Positions 6,906 to 16,182 are shown, counted from the stretch's first letter. The stretch: DNA of 51,177 nucleotides from Ktedonobacterales bacterium (GCA_036393135.1 DASVWQ010000310.1:1-51177), one strand, 5' to 3'. Notes: generated from the letters alone by a model not told the origin. Program-made: numbers and translations.

Positions 6906-7706
6906 CTATTCTCCTCCGATTCCCATCGCATCCTGCCCGGCCAACTCCACCTGGATGCGCAGCCGCTCGGCTTCCGCCTGCGCCCGCTCCAGCTTGTAGA
7001 CCTCGATGGTCAGCAGCGCATAGAGCAGGGTGAATGCCGCCAACGAGATCATCAGCGCCACGATCATCGAGGCGGGGAGCTGCGGTGTTCCGCCCAGCGG
7101 CAAGACCTGATCGGGATGCAGCGTGCGCCACCACTTGACCGACATATAGTTGATTGGCGTGACGACGAAGCCGAGGATGCCCACGACCGCCGCCGCCCGC
7201 GCGCCCTGCGCCGTGCGTCCGGTGTAGGAGCGCAGCGCCAGATAGCCAACGTAGATGAACCACATCAGCAGCGAGGTGGTCAGGCGCTCGTCCCAGACCC
7301 ACCACGCGCCCCAGAATGCCCGTCCCCAGAGCGAACCGGAGATCAGCACCAGCGTCGTGAAGACTACGCCAATCTCGGCGTTGACCCGCGCGAAGGTGTC
7401 CCAGCGCTCGTCGCGCCGCCAGAGATAGACGACGCTGCCCAGCAGCACGAAGAAGAACGCCAGGTACGAGATCCACGCCAGCGGCACGTGCACGTAGAAG
7501 ATGCGCTGGACTGGCCCCTCGATCAGCTCGGTCGGCGCGTAGACGAACGCCGCCCAGATCGTCAGCAGCATGGCGAGCGTGGTCACGCCGAGCAGCGCCA
7601 GCTCGCCATAGCGCCGCAGCCAGCCGAGCGCCACGCCCAGCGCGGGCGCCCGTCGGGCGATGCCCCCCAGCCGCCCGTTCGCCGGTTTCTGGATGGCTGA
7701 TTGCAT
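6906..7706 (-). CDS. ccmC: Heme exporter protein C (heme-handling WWD protein)
   Basis: WGRAFWGAWWVWDERLTTSLLMW is the CcmC WWD motif. Start set at ATG 7706 (MQSAIQ...). The rest of track ORF 6906..8468 overlaps ccmB out of frame and is rejected. Confidence 0.9.
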   Translation of the reverse strand: MQSAIQKPANGRLGGIARRAPALGVALGWLRRYGELALLGVTTLAMLLTIWAAFVYAPTELIEGPVQRIFYVHVPLAWISYLAFFFVLLGSVVYLWRRDERWDTFARVNAEIGVVFTTLVLISGSLWGRAFWGAWWVWDERLTTSLLMWFIYVGYLALRSYTGRTAQGARAAAVVGILGFVVTPINYMSVKWWRTLHPDQVLPLGGTPQLPASMIVALMISLAAFTLLYALLTIEVYKLERAQAEAERLRIQVELAGQDAMGIGGE

Positions 7707-7717
7707 AGTTGTACCGC

Positions 7718-8401
7718 CTATTCTTCGACGACGAACTGGAACGTCACCGCCGAGATACTGAGAAAGATGACATCGAAGGCCGCCAGTAGCCCCAGCCACG
7801 GCGCGTCGCCATGAATCGGGGTGAAGAGCGCCTCCGTCGCCCGCACCGCGCCGATGACCACCGGCACGATCAGCGGGAAGATGAGCAGCGGCGTCAGCAA
7901 CTCGCGCGCCCGCGTGTTCGCCGCCAGCGCCGCGAACTGCGTGCCGACCGCCGCCACGCCGACCGTGCCGAGCAGCGTGATCGGCGCGATCATTGGCTGC
8001 AGGATCGGCAGATTGTAGAGCAGGGCGAAGATAGGCAGCGCCACCGTCTCGATCACCGAGATGACGATGACATTGCCGACGACCTTTGCCAGGTAGACCA
8101 CCGAGCGATCCACTGGCGTCATCAGCAGGCGATCCATCGGGCCGCGATCCTGCTCCGCCGTGATGTTGCGCGCGAGGCCCAGAATGCTGGCGAAGATGAA
8201 CGCGATCCACAGCGCGCCCGGCCCCACGGTCGCCTGATTGGTCACCCGCAGGTCGAAGGCGAAGTTGAAGACCACCAGTGTCAGCAGCGCGAAGAGGCCC
8301 ATGCTCATCCACGCCTGGCGGGTGCGAGCCTCCGCGCGCAGGTCTTTCCAGACGATGGCCCAGAACTGCGTCCAGGCGAGGCGCACGCCGTCGTTCAGCA
8401 T
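7718..8401 (-). CDS. ccmB: Heme exporter protein B (ABC permease)
   Basis: 227-aa polytopic protein (MLNDGVRLAWTQFWAIVWKDLRAE...) lying between ccmA and ccmC. Its start overlaps the ccmA stop (ATGCTGA). Confidence 0.85.
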   Translation of the reverse strand: MLNDGVRLAWTQFWAIVWKDLRAEARTRQAWMSMGLFALLTLVVFNFAFDLRVTNQATVGPGALWIAFIFASILGLARNITAEQDRGPMDRLLMTPVDRSVVYLAKVVGNVIVISVIETVALPIFALLYNLPILQPMIAPITLLGTVGVAAVGTQFAALAANTRARELLTPLLIFPLIVPVVIGAVRATEALFTPIHGDAPWLGLLAAFDVIFLSISAVTFQFVVEE

Positions 8402-9192
8402 GTCGCGCCTCCCTCCAGCCGTCCGCCGATGGGCTGCCCGGCGTAGAGCCGCTCGACCGCCGCGACATCCAGCGCCGAGGCGGCGCCCGCGTAGGCGATG
8501 CGTCCGCGCACTAGCGTCAGCGCCTCGTCACCCAGCCGCAGCCCGCGCTCCAGATGGTGGGTCGTCAGGATGGTCGTCTGCCCGCGCTCGCGCCGCTCGG
8601 CCACCAGCCGCTCCAGCAGCGCCAGCGCCTCCTGGTCCAGCCCGGTGTCTGGCTCATCCAGCAACAGCGCGGCTGGCTCGTGGATGACGCCGCGCGCCAG
8701 CGCCAGTCGCTGGGCCTGCCCGCGCGAGAAGGCGCGCACACGGTCGTTCGCCCGGCGGCTCAGCCCCACCCGCGCCAGCAGCGCATCGGCTCGCGCGGCG
8801 CCATCGCGCAGGCCGTACATCCGCGCGAAGAACAGCAGATTCTCGCGCGCGGTCAGGTCCTCGTAGATGTGCGGCTGATGCCCGACATAGCCGACCCGCC
8901 GCCGCGCCTCGCCAGCCTCCTCAGCCACGTCGCAGCCCGCCACCCAGGCGCGCCCCGCCGTCGGCCTCGCCAGCGTCGCCAGCGTCCGCAAGAGGGTGGT
9001 CTTGCCCGCGCCGTTTGGCCCGAAGATGACCAGTGTGCGTCCCGCTGGTAACGTGTAGGTCAGCCCGCGCAGGACGGGCCGCGCATCGAACGCCTTCACC
9101 AGCCCCGCCAGGCGCATGCCCTCGGCCAGCGGCGCCGCCGAGGGCGTCGCGGTCGCGCGCGCCGCGTCGATGGGGAGCGTCTGAGCGTTCAT
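8395..9192 (-). CDS. ccmA: Heme export ABC transporter ATP-binding protein
   Basis: Walker A GPNGAGKTTLL, signature FSRGQAQRLALA and Walker B LLLDEPDTGLD. Located immediately upstream of ccmB. Confidence 0.85.
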   Translation of the reverse strand: MNAQTLPIDAARATATPSAAPLAEGMRLAGLVKAFDARPVLRGLTYTLPAGRTLVIFGPNGAGKTTLLRTLATLARPTAGRAWVAGCDVAEEAGEARRRVGYVGHQPHIYEDLTARENLLFFARMYGLRDGAARADALLARVGLSRRANDRVRAFSRGQAQRLALARGVIHEPAALLLDEPDTGLDQEALALLERLVAERRERGQTTILTTHHLERGLRLGDEALTLVRGRIAYAGAASALDVAAVERLYAGQPIGGRLEGGATC

Positions 9193-10577
9193 CGCGCGCC
9201 TCCATCGGCCACCGTCTCGGCCTCGCCGACGGGCGCTGCGGGCGTCGCTGGTGACGCTGCGGGCGCTGGGGCGGGCGTCGCTGCGGGCGTCGTGGCGGGC
9301 GACTCAGCCGCCAGCGCCGCGCGCAACCGCTCGCGCAGATCCGTATCCTCCCGCTTGAAGCGCTCCTCGCCGATGGCGCCAGAGGCCCGTCGCCGCTCCA
9401 GCGCCAGCAGGTCGCGCAGCAGACGGTCGCGCTCGGCGGCCAGCGCGCTCGCGTCGCTCGTCGCACCGCTGGCGGCAGGCGCAGAGGTTGCGGCGGGAAT
9501 CAGCCCGAAGGCGACGGCCAGCGCCCCGCGCCAGAGGTAGAGCGCCAGCAGCAGCGCCAGCAGCGCCAGCAGCGCCAGCCCCAGCCAGATCAGATGTCCG
9601 GTATTCAGGTCCTGCGCCTCGCCGGGGCGTGGCAGGTCATACAGGTTCACGCTGGTCTGGCCATTGACGGCCAGACTGCTCGCGGTAAAGACCTGGTAGC
9701 GGGAGCCAAACGCCGTCACGATGCCTTGCGCCGTCTCGCCGCTCGACGCGCGCACAAACATGTCTGGCGCCACCAGTGTCACCACCTGCGCGGTCGGGTA
9801 CTCGGCCTTGTAGGGTACGCTGGCGGTCGTCCCACTGTAGGGCAGGTCATAGGCGAAGGCGAACTCGGTCTGGCCGGGCGGCACAGTCGCCGCTGCCGCG
9901 AAGCCCGTCCCGATCTGGATGGCGTCGGTATTGAAGAAGCCAACGCCGGTGGTCACGTTCTGCGCGGTCGGCGGCAGCGAGAAGCGCAGCAAGCTGGGCA
10001 TCGCGCTGGTCGAGCCACCAGCCGAGGGCAGGTTGCCCACAAACGCCGTCGTCCCGCTGTTGCGCATGGTGATGAACTCGCCGACGCCGATCAGCCCATG
10101 CGTGGCATCCGGCTGACGAATGAGGATGGTCGCAACGCTCACCGAGAGCGCCGAGCTATCCTGCGTCGCGTCGTAGATGGTCAGCGTGGCGGTCTGGTTC
10201 GGGTTGGTAGCCAGGTTGAGCGGCCCCGCCGCGTAGGTTCCGCCCTGGAAGGTCGTGTAGACCGCGTACTGGCCGCCGAGGTCGCTGCTGGCGCTCGTGT
10301 CCAGCCCGCCGAAGCTGAAGCGCCCCTGCGCGTCGCTGGCCGTCGTGGCGATATCTTTGGTCGTCGAGCCGATGGTGAGCTGGAGCGTGACCGTCTGCCC
10401 GGCGACCGCCGCATGCGCATGCGAGCCGTTGCGCACGACACCGGAGACGCTGCCTTGCGCGCCAGCGGCGCGCGCGGGCGCGACGCCGAGGCCCAGCGCG
10501 AGGGCCAGCGCCGCCAGCAGAGCCAGCGCGACGAGCGGCGCGCGGAGCCGTGCGCGCGAGACGAGGTATCTGCGCAT
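9189..10577 (-). CDS. Secreted, C-terminally membrane-anchored protein with an N-terminal carboxypeptidase-regulatory-like beta-sandwich; function unknown
   Basis: Start at ATG 10577 with GGAAGGGG upstream. Signal peptide MRRYLVSRARLRAPLVALALLAALALALGLGVAPARA. GSVSGVVRNGSHAHAAVAGQTVTLQL...DAQGRFSFGGL fits the CarboxypepD_reg pattern. TM helix LIWLGLALLALLALLLALYLW is followed by a charged coiled-coil-like tail. Its stop overlaps the ccmA start (ATGA). Confidence 0.7.
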   Translation of the reverse strand: MRRYLVSRARLRAPLVALALLAALALALGLGVAPARAAGAQGSVSGVVRNGSHAHAAVAGQTVTLQLTIGSTTKDIATTASDAQGRFSFGGLDTSASSDLGGQYAVYTTFQGGTYAAGPLNLATNPNQTATLTIYDATQDSSALSVSVATILIRQPDATHGLIGVGEFITMRNSGTTAFVGNLPSAGGSTSAMPSLLRFSLPPTAQNVTTGVGFFNTDAIQIGTGFAAAATVPPGQTEFAFAYDLPYSGTTASVPYKAEYPTAQVVTLVAPDMFVRASSGETAQGIVTAFGSRYQVFTASSLAVNGQTSVNLYDLPRPGEAQDLNTGHLIWLGLALLALLALLLALYLWRGALAVAFGLIPAATSAPAASGATSDASALAAERDRLLRDLLALERRRASGAIGEERFKREDTDLRERLRAALAAESPATTPAATPAPAPAASPATPAAPVGEAETVADGGAR

Positions 10578-10578
10578 A

Positions 10579-11046
10579 CTACGACCCCTTCCGCTGTGAC
10601 GCGCGGCGGGCGCGGGCGCTGGCCCCGCCTTTCGTCGTCGCAGTAGGGCGCGTGGCGGCGCGTGGCGTGGCTGGCGTCGCAGCCTTCGTCGCCTTCGCGG
10701 GGGCCGGGCCATCCGCAGACGCCTCCGACTGGCGTAGCGCATCGAGACGCCGCTCGATCTGCGCGTCTAGCTCCTGCTCGCGCAGGTAGCGCGCCTTTAG
10801 CGCCGTCAGCGCCCGCTCCTCATAGCGTCCGCGTAGCTCTTCGTAGTCGTCGCCCGCCAGATTGCCCAGCGTGTAGTCAAATTCGACCTCGCGCAACGCC
10901 TGACGTGCCTGCCGCTCGCGCTCGGCGGCGGTGGCCAAGCGTCCCGGCGTGGCTTCCGGCGCCGCCTCGCGTCCCAGCCCCAGCAGCGGATACAGCACGA
11001 TGATGGCGGCGGAGAGCGCCAGCAGGCCCGCGATCAACAGTGGCAT
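10579..11046 (-). CDS. N-terminally anchored protein with a charged helical tail (CcmI N-terminal-module-like, tentative)
   Basis: Start at ATG 11046, overlapping the ccmH stop (TGATG). MPLLIAGLLALSAAIIVLYPLLGL is a TM helix. It is followed by ERERQARQALREVEFDYTLGNLAGDDYEELRGRYEERAL, reminiscent of the L..L..D...G.i....Y segment of CcmI/CycH. Confidence 0.5.
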   Translation of the reverse strand: MPLLIAGLLALSAAIIVLYPLLGLGREAAPEATPGRLATAAERERQARQALREVEFDYTLGNLAGDDYEELRGRYEERALTALKARYLREQELDAQIERRLDALRQSEASADGPAPAKATKAATPATPRAATRPTATTKGGASARARRASQRKGS

Positions 11047-11630
11047 CAGGCGCGCTCCTTTCGCGGGGCGGCGCCATAGGAAAAGCCCTCGTCCCGCTCC
11101 ATCTCGCGCAGCAGCGCCTCGCGCAGGCGGCGACGCTCGTCGTCGCTCAGGTCGCCAGCGTCCTCGGCGCCCTCCGCTGGCGGTATGGCGGGCTGTGGCG
11201 CCGCGCGCCACTCGCGTCCCAGCGCGAAGACCACATACGCGCCCACCACCAGCATCAATACCGGCGCCAGCCAGATCATCAGCGTGAAGCCATCGACGGG
11301 CGGGCGCTCCAGAATCGTGTCGCCATAGCGCGCCTCGAAATACTGGATCACCTGCGCCTCCGACTCGCCCTGCGCCAGCTTGTGGCGGATCAGCGCCCGC
11401 ATATCGGTCGCCAGCGCCGACGGCGAATCCTCGACCGACTCACCATTGCAGACGGGACACTGAAGCTGCGAGGCGACCTCCTGCGTGCGCTGGTCCAGCG
11501 ACTTCGGCTGGGTGGCGTGGACCAGTGTTATGCCCCAGACCAACGCCAGCGCCACCAGCAGCGCTCCCGCCACCAGCAGCGATGGCCGCCGCAGCCAGGC
11601 TTGCCAGCGCGGCGCGCTACGCTCGCTCAT
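11046..11630 (-). CDS. ccmH: Cytochrome c-type biogenesis protein CcmH (thiol-disulfide module)
   Basis: LQCPVCNGESVEDSPSALATDMRALIRHKL...ARYGDTILERPP matches the CcmH LRCxxC...S.A...R....RYGD....P pattern. The start ATG 11630 overlaps the ccmF stop (ATGA). Confidence 0.8.
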   Translation of the reverse strand: MSERSAPRWQAWLRRPSLLVAGALLVALALVWGITLVHATQPKSLDQRTQEVASQLQCPVCNGESVEDSPSALATDMRALIRHKLAQGESEAQVIQYFEARYGDTILERPPVDGFTLMIWLAPVLMLVVGAYVVFALGREWRAAPQPAIPPAEGAEDAGDLSDDERRRLREALLREMERDEGFSYGAAPRKERA

Positions 11631-13651
11631 CGCGCCGCCTCCTGTCCTGCTAGCGCCGTCTCGGGCCGCCCTGCGCTTACCCCGGCAGGCGCCAACCGCG
11701 CCACGCCGCGCCGCCGCTCTGGCCACCAGCACAGGATGCCGCCGAGCACCAGCAGCAGTCCGCCCGACCAGACCAGTGAGACCAGCGGATTGATAAAGAC
11801 GCGGATGGTCGCCGAGGTCGAGCCGTCATAGCCTGCCAGGAAGACGTAGAGGTCCTTGAGTTGGTGGGTCGAGATCGCCACGATGCTCGCGGGCTGGTTC
11901 ACGAAGCCGGGGAAGATGCGCTCGCCCGGCGCGACCTGCTCGATGAAGCGCCCGTTCTGGCTGACATCAAAATACGTCTGTACCGTCTCGATACCAGACT
12001 TCGCTGTCGTATCGGTGATGCCGCGATACGTCAGGGTGTAGCCGTTGATGGTCAGGCTCTGCCCGACCTTGAGCTGCGCCTCGCCTTGCGTCTGGAAGAA
12101 CTGCGAGCCGATCACGCCGACCGCCAGGATCACCAGCCCCAGGTGGACAACATAGCCGCCGTAGCGCTGGCGATGGCGGTTGAAGAGCATCGTCAGCGCC
12201 AGCGGATAGTTCTCGCCGTGGCGATGGCGCACCCGCACGCCGCGCCATGTGTCGTAGAGGATGGTGGCCGCGCTGAAGACGCAAACTACCAGCGCCAGAT
12301 CAGCCCAGAAGCTCGTCACGCCCAGCAGCGGTAGAGCGATGGCGGCGACGACGGCGGCCAGCGCCGGCCAGCGGAAGAGGCGTGGCAGGCTGGTCAGCGA
12401 GGCGCGCCGCCAGGCCAGCAGCGGCCCCACGCCCATCATGAAGATCAGCGCGATAAAGAGCGGGCCGTTCACCTGCTTGTAGAACTCCGTCCCCACTGTC
12501 ATCGTCTGCCCGCGCACATCCGCCGAGATGATTGGGAAGATGGTGCCCCAGAAGGTCGCAAAGGCGATGCCCGCCAGCAGCAGGTTATTGATGAGGAAGC
12601 TGCCCTCGCGCGAGATCACCGAGTCGAACTCCGCCTCTGGCCGCAACTTCGGCAGGCGATAGAAGAAGAGGCCCAGCGCGACAGCCAGCGCAATCCCCAG
12701 GAAGCTGAGGAAGAACGGTCCGACGCTGGAATAGGCGAAGCTGTGGACCGAACTGACGATGCCACTGCGCACCTCAAAGGTGCCGAAGAGCGAAAGCCCG
12801 AAGGTGGCGATGATCAGCGCCAGATTCCAGACTTTCAGCGTGCCGCGCCGCTCCTGCACCATCGTCGAGTGCAGGAACGCGGTCGCCGTCAGCCACGGCA
12901 GCAAGGCGGCGTTCTCCACCGGGTCCCAGCCCCAGTAGCCGCCCCAGCCGAGCACATGGTAGGCCCACCACATCCCCAGCATCAGCCCGACCGACTGGAT
13001 GGTCCACGCCGCCAGCGTCCAGCGGCGGATGTTGCGCAGCCAGCCAGCGTCCAGCCGCCCCGTCACCATCGCGGCCATGGCGAAGGCGAAGGGCAGCGAC
13101 CAGCTCATGTAGCCCATCAGCAGCATCGGCGGATGCACCAGCATGCCAGGGTCCTGCAGGATGGGATTCAGCCCCGCGCCGTCCACTGGCGGGATGGTCA
13201 CGCGGACAAACGGTGGCGTCACGAAGTTGAGCATGATGAGGAAGAACGTCTCGATGCTCATCAGCGTGACGGCGACCCACGGCATCAACTGCGCGTCGGC
13301 GCGGCGGTGCAACAGCATGGCGATGGCGGAGAAGATCGCGAGCATCGTCGCCCAATAGAGCAGTGAGCCTTCCTGCCCGCCGTAGAAGGCCGAGAGTGAG
13401 TAGTACCACGGCATCGCGCGGCTGGAGTGCTGCGCGACGTAGACCGCGCCGAAGTCATGTGTCAGGAAGGAGGCGATCAGCGAGCCGCAGGCAATCAAGA
13501 GGAACGCGCCGACGGCCAGCGTGGACCGCCGCCCACTCGCCACCAGCGCGGGGCGGCGCAGCGTCGCCCCCAGCGCCGAGGCGGCCAGCGCATACAGCGC
13601 GAAGACCAGCGCGAGTGTCAGCGCAATCGCGCCGAGATCGGTGAATCGCAC
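11627..13651 (-). CDS. ccmF: Cytochrome c-type biogenesis protein CcmF (heme lyase component)
   Basis: 674-aa polytopic protein with WGGYWGWDPVENAALLPWL (WWD motif). GTG start at 13651, with AGGAG 9 nt upstream. Confidence 0.95.
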   Translation of the reverse strand: MRFTDLGAIALTLALVFALYALAASALGATLRRPALVASGRRSTLAVGAFLLIACGSLIASFLTHDFGAVYVAQHSSRAMPWYYSLSAFYGGQEGSLLYWATMLAIFSAIAMLLHRRADAQLMPWVAVTLMSIETFFLIMLNFVTPPFVRVTIPPVDGAGLNPILQDPGMLVHPPMLLMGYMSWSLPFAFAMAAMVTGRLDAGWLRNIRRWTLAAWTIQSVGLMLGMWWAYHVLGWGGYWGWDPVENAALLPWLTATAFLHSTMVQERRGTLKVWNLALIIATFGLSLFGTFEVRSGIVSSVHSFAYSSVGPFFLSFLGIALAVALGLFFYRLPKLRPEAEFDSVISREGSFLINNLLLAGIAFATFWGTIFPIISADVRGQTMTVGTEFYKQVNGPLFIALIFMMGVGPLLAWRRASLTSLPRLFRWPALAAVVAAIALPLLGVTSFWADLALVVCVFSAATILYDTWRGVRVRHRHGENYPLALTMLFNRHRQRYGGYVVHLGLVILAVGVIGSQFFQTQGEAQLKVGQSLTINGYTLTYRGITDTTAKSGIETVQTYFDVSQNGRFIEQVAPGERIFPGFVNQPASIVAISTHQLKDLYVFLAGYDGSTSATIRVFINPLVSLVWSGGLLLVLGGILCWWPERRRGVARLAPAGVSAGRPETALAGQEAAR

Positions 13652-13705
13652 GGTTCCTGACTCCTGTGATCGCGAGAGACGTGCTGGCGAACGTCCACCA
13701 GCGGG

Positions 13706-14170
13706 CTAGTTTCCGGCTGCCGGTGTCGCCGCCTGGAACTTGGAGGGACATTTGGCGAGCAGCGTGGACGCCTGGAAGACGCCGCGCACGTACTGCCCCT
13801 CGACGACAACCTGTGTGCCAGCGCGCACCGTATCCGGCACGACGCCACGATAGACGACCGGCATCTTCAGCACGGTATCGGTAGCGGTATCGGTGATGAG
13901 GAAGCTGATCGCCCGCGCCTGGTCGATTTGCGTGACGCCCGCGGGCGAGACGAAGCCCGCCACGCGCACTGTCTGCCCGGCGCACGCCGAGCAGGACTGG
14001 ACCTCTTTGATGGTCATGTAGTATTCCGCCGAGGAGCCGGTGTTGGCCACGACCAGATAGATCACCGCCGCCGCAATCGCCATGCCCGCGATCACGAAGC
14101 CCCAACGCAGCTTGCGCCGCCTCGGTCGCGGCGCCTGGGCGGGCGCTTCCGTCATGCCATCGATCGCCAT
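13706..14170 (-). CDS. ccmE: Heme chaperone CcmE, Cys-type variant (CPSKF in place of HxxxY)
   Basis: N-terminal anchor, then an OB-like domain (VRVAGFVSPAGV...VVYRGVVPDTVRAGTQVVVEGQY) ending LLAKCPSKFQ. I translated this by hand from 13709..13756. ATG 14170 is preferred over the track GTG 14179 because GGAGG lies 9 nt upstream of the ATG. Confidence 0.85.
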   Translation of the reverse strand: MAIDGMTEAPAQAPRPRRRKLRWGFVIAGMAIAAAVIYLVVANTGSSAEYYMTIKEVQSCSACAGQTVRVAGFVSPAGVTQIDQARAISFLITDTATDTVLKMPVVYRGVVPDTVRAGTQVVVEGQYVRGVFQASTLLAKCPSKFQAATPAAGN

Positions 14171-14218
14171 GTTCGTCACCCTCCGACCGCCGGAGCAGGT
14201 CTCTCTATCGCCACGATG

Positions 14219-14683
14219 CTAGCGCGCAACTCCGAGCGCAACATCGAACAGTCCGCTCAACACCGCGCCGAGCAGGAATACCACCACGCCCAGCGCCAGA
14301 ATCAGCCGGGGCGCCAGCCGCCACATCCGCCCGCGCAGCCGCGCCGGACGCCGCGCCTCCTGCGCCTGGAAGATCGCCAGGCCGAACATCGCCAGCGCCA
14401 GCGCGATCTTCACCGCCAGCGTCACGACGTAGGCCACGCCGACCGTCGTTGTGTTCAGCCGGTCGAAGACCAGATACACGCCGCTCAGTAGCAGCGTCGT
14501 CATGCTGATATTCACCAGCCGCCGGAAGCTCGCCGCGATCCGCGCGCCCACCTCCGGCCCGGCCTTGCCCAGCCGCAGCGCGGGCGTGATGACCACCAGA
14601 TAGACCAGGCTTCCGCCGACCCAGACGCCGCCAGCCAGTGTGTGCGCGGTGCGCATCAGGGCGCTCAACGCTAGCAGCAACAT
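14219..14683 (-). CDS. CopD-family-like membrane protein (4 TM)
   Basis: TAHTLAGGVWVGGSLVYL resembles the H...G.W.GG motif of CopD domains. Four hydrophobic helices. Lies between ccdA and ccmE. Confidence 0.5.
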   Translation of the reverse strand: MLLLALSALMRTAHTLAGGVWVGGSLVYLVVITPALRLGKAGPEVGARIAASFRRLVNISMTTLLLSGVYLVFDRLNTTTVGVAYVVTLAVKIALALAMFGLAIFQAQEARRPARLRGRMWRLAPRLILALGVVVFLLGAVLSGLFDVALGVAR

Positions 14684-14715
14684 CTGGCGCGCTCGCCTCT
14701 CGCATTCAGGGCCAC

Positions 14716-15507
14716 TCAGACCGCCAGCGGCGCCGCTGGCGCGAAGCCAATCGCGAACCGCTGCGCCCAGACCGAAATGACCGTCACCTCACCCGTCAGA
14801 TAGAGCAGCGCGACGATAATCAGCGCGACGCCGCTCACCCGCGCGATGACCCCGTTGTAGCGCTTCGACCAGCCGAACGCGCGCAGCCCGAACGACCAGC
14901 CAATCCCGATCACCAGGAACGGGATCGCGAAACCCAGCGTATAGAACGCCAACAGCAGCGCGCCCTGGCCCGCCGTCGCGCTGACGCCGACAAAGAGCAG
15001 GATGCTGCCCAGTACCGGCCCGATGCATGGCGTCCAGCCAGCGGCGAAAACCACCCCCAGCGCGAACGGCGCCGCCAGCCCCCAGCCGCGCAGCGAGTCG
15101 CCCGTCATATGCAGGCGCCCCTCGCGCATCAGGAACTCCGTCACCTGGCGTGGCAGCAGTCCCAGCAGAAACGCGCCCATCGCCAGCATCACGATACCCG
15201 CGATGGTCTGCATCACCGGGCGGAAGGCCACCAGCAGCGAGCCGAAGCCTGCCACCAGGAATCCCAGCCCGATGAAGGCGACCGCCAGCCCCGCGACGAA
15301 CAGCACGCTAGCGACGGCCGCTGAGCTGAAGACCCGCGCCCGCAGCGAGACCGCGCCACTGCTGGCGTCCAGCTCGCCATCGCCCAGCGTCAGCGAGCTG
15401 ATGTAGCTGATGTAGCCAGGGGCCAGTGGCGCGACGCACGGCGAAAAGAACGACGCCAGGCCGCCCAGCAGCGCGATCAGAACCGTTCCCACGCCCAGGT
15501 GAGTCAT
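14716..15507 (-). CDS. ccdA: Cytochrome c biogenesis thiol-reductant transporter CcdA/DsbD-family
   Basis: LASFFSPCVAPLAPGYISYI and WTPCIGPVLGSILL are the two conserved Cys motifs of CcdA. GGGAGG lies upstream of the ATG. Confidence 0.9.
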   Translation of the reverse strand: MTHLGVGTVLIALLGGLASFFSPCVAPLAPGYISYISSLTLGDGELDASSGAVSLRARVFSSAAVASVLFVAGLAVAFIGLGFLVAGFGSLLVAFRPVMQTIAGIVMLAMGAFLLGLLPRQVTEFLMREGRLHMTGDSLRGWGLAAPFALGVVFAAGWTPCIGPVLGSILLFVGVSATAGQGALLLAFYTLGFAIPFLVIGIGWSFGLRAFGWSKRYNGVIARVSGVALIIVALLYLTGEVTVISVWAQRFAIGFAPAAPLAV

Positions 15508-15523
15508 CGAGCCTCCCGCCCGC

Positions 15524-16096
15524 TCATGTCAGAATCGCCTGCACCGAGCGGTCGAGTGTCCCGCTGTCCGAGACACTGTAGATCTTGCTGACGGCGACGC
15601 CCTTCGAGTTGATGAACACCGTCTCCGGCGAGCCGGTCACGCCATAGGCGATGGCGATGGAGCCGCTGGGGTCGCCGACGATGGGGTACGTCACCCCGTA
15701 CTGGCGGGCGAAGTCGAGGCCGTTCTGCTCGGTATCCTCGTAGACCACGCCGATGAAAACGACGCCCTCGGCCTGATACTTCTTCGCGCCCGCCTCCAGC
15801 AGCGGGGCTTCAGCCGCGCATGGCACACACCACGACGCAAAGAAGTTCAGCACGACTGGCCGACCCTTCAGCGACGCCAGATGCAGCGTCTGCCCCGCCG
15901 CGCCGTTGTAGACCACCGTGGTGAAGTCCGGCGCGGTCTTGCCAGCCAGCGTGAATGCGGGTGTCTTGCTCACCGCCTGCCCCGCCGCGATCAACCGCGC
16001 CGCGAGCAGCGCGATCAGCCCCAACAGGATTACGGCTGAAATCACCAGCATCCACATCCCGCGCCGCTGTGATTTCGTCATCGACTGAAAGGTCAT
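15524..16096 (-). CDS. Membrane-anchored thioredoxin-like protein (TlpA/ResA/CcmG family)
   Basis: N-terminal TM helix. VLNFFASWCVPCAAEAP carries the WCxxC active site. GVTGSPETVFI holds the cis-Pro region. Confidence 0.85.
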   Translation of the reverse strand: MTFQSMTKSQRRGMWMLVISAVILLGLIALLAARLIAAGQAVSKTPAFTLAGKTAPDFTTVVYNGAAGQTLHLASLKGRPVVLNFFASWCVPCAAEAPLLEAGAKKYQAEGVVFIGVVYEDTEQNGLDFARQYGVTYPIVGDPSGSIAIAYGVTGSPETVFINSKGVAVSKIYSVSDSGTLDRSVQAILT

Positions 16097-16182
16097 GCCA
16101 ACCTGCCACCAGGTTCGCCCCTCGCCCGCTGGCGCGCCGCGCTCACACGCCCGCGCGCCAGCGGGGAGAAGTCAGAACGATG

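Noticed and set aside
7707-8468. N-terminal 254 aa of track ORF 6906..8468
   Set aside because: This part overlaps ccmB out of frame and is Arg/Gly/Ala junk. The CcmC homology begins at the internal ATG 7706, which follows the ccmB stop by 11 nt.
9230-9310. Apparent tandem repeat (gcgggcgtcgct-like units)
   Set aside because: It is the coding sequence of a low-complexity Ala/Pro/Thr tail (ATPAATPAPAPAASPATPAAP) at the C-terminus of the 9189..10577 protein. It is not a spacer/repeat array and has no CRISPR-like regular spacing.
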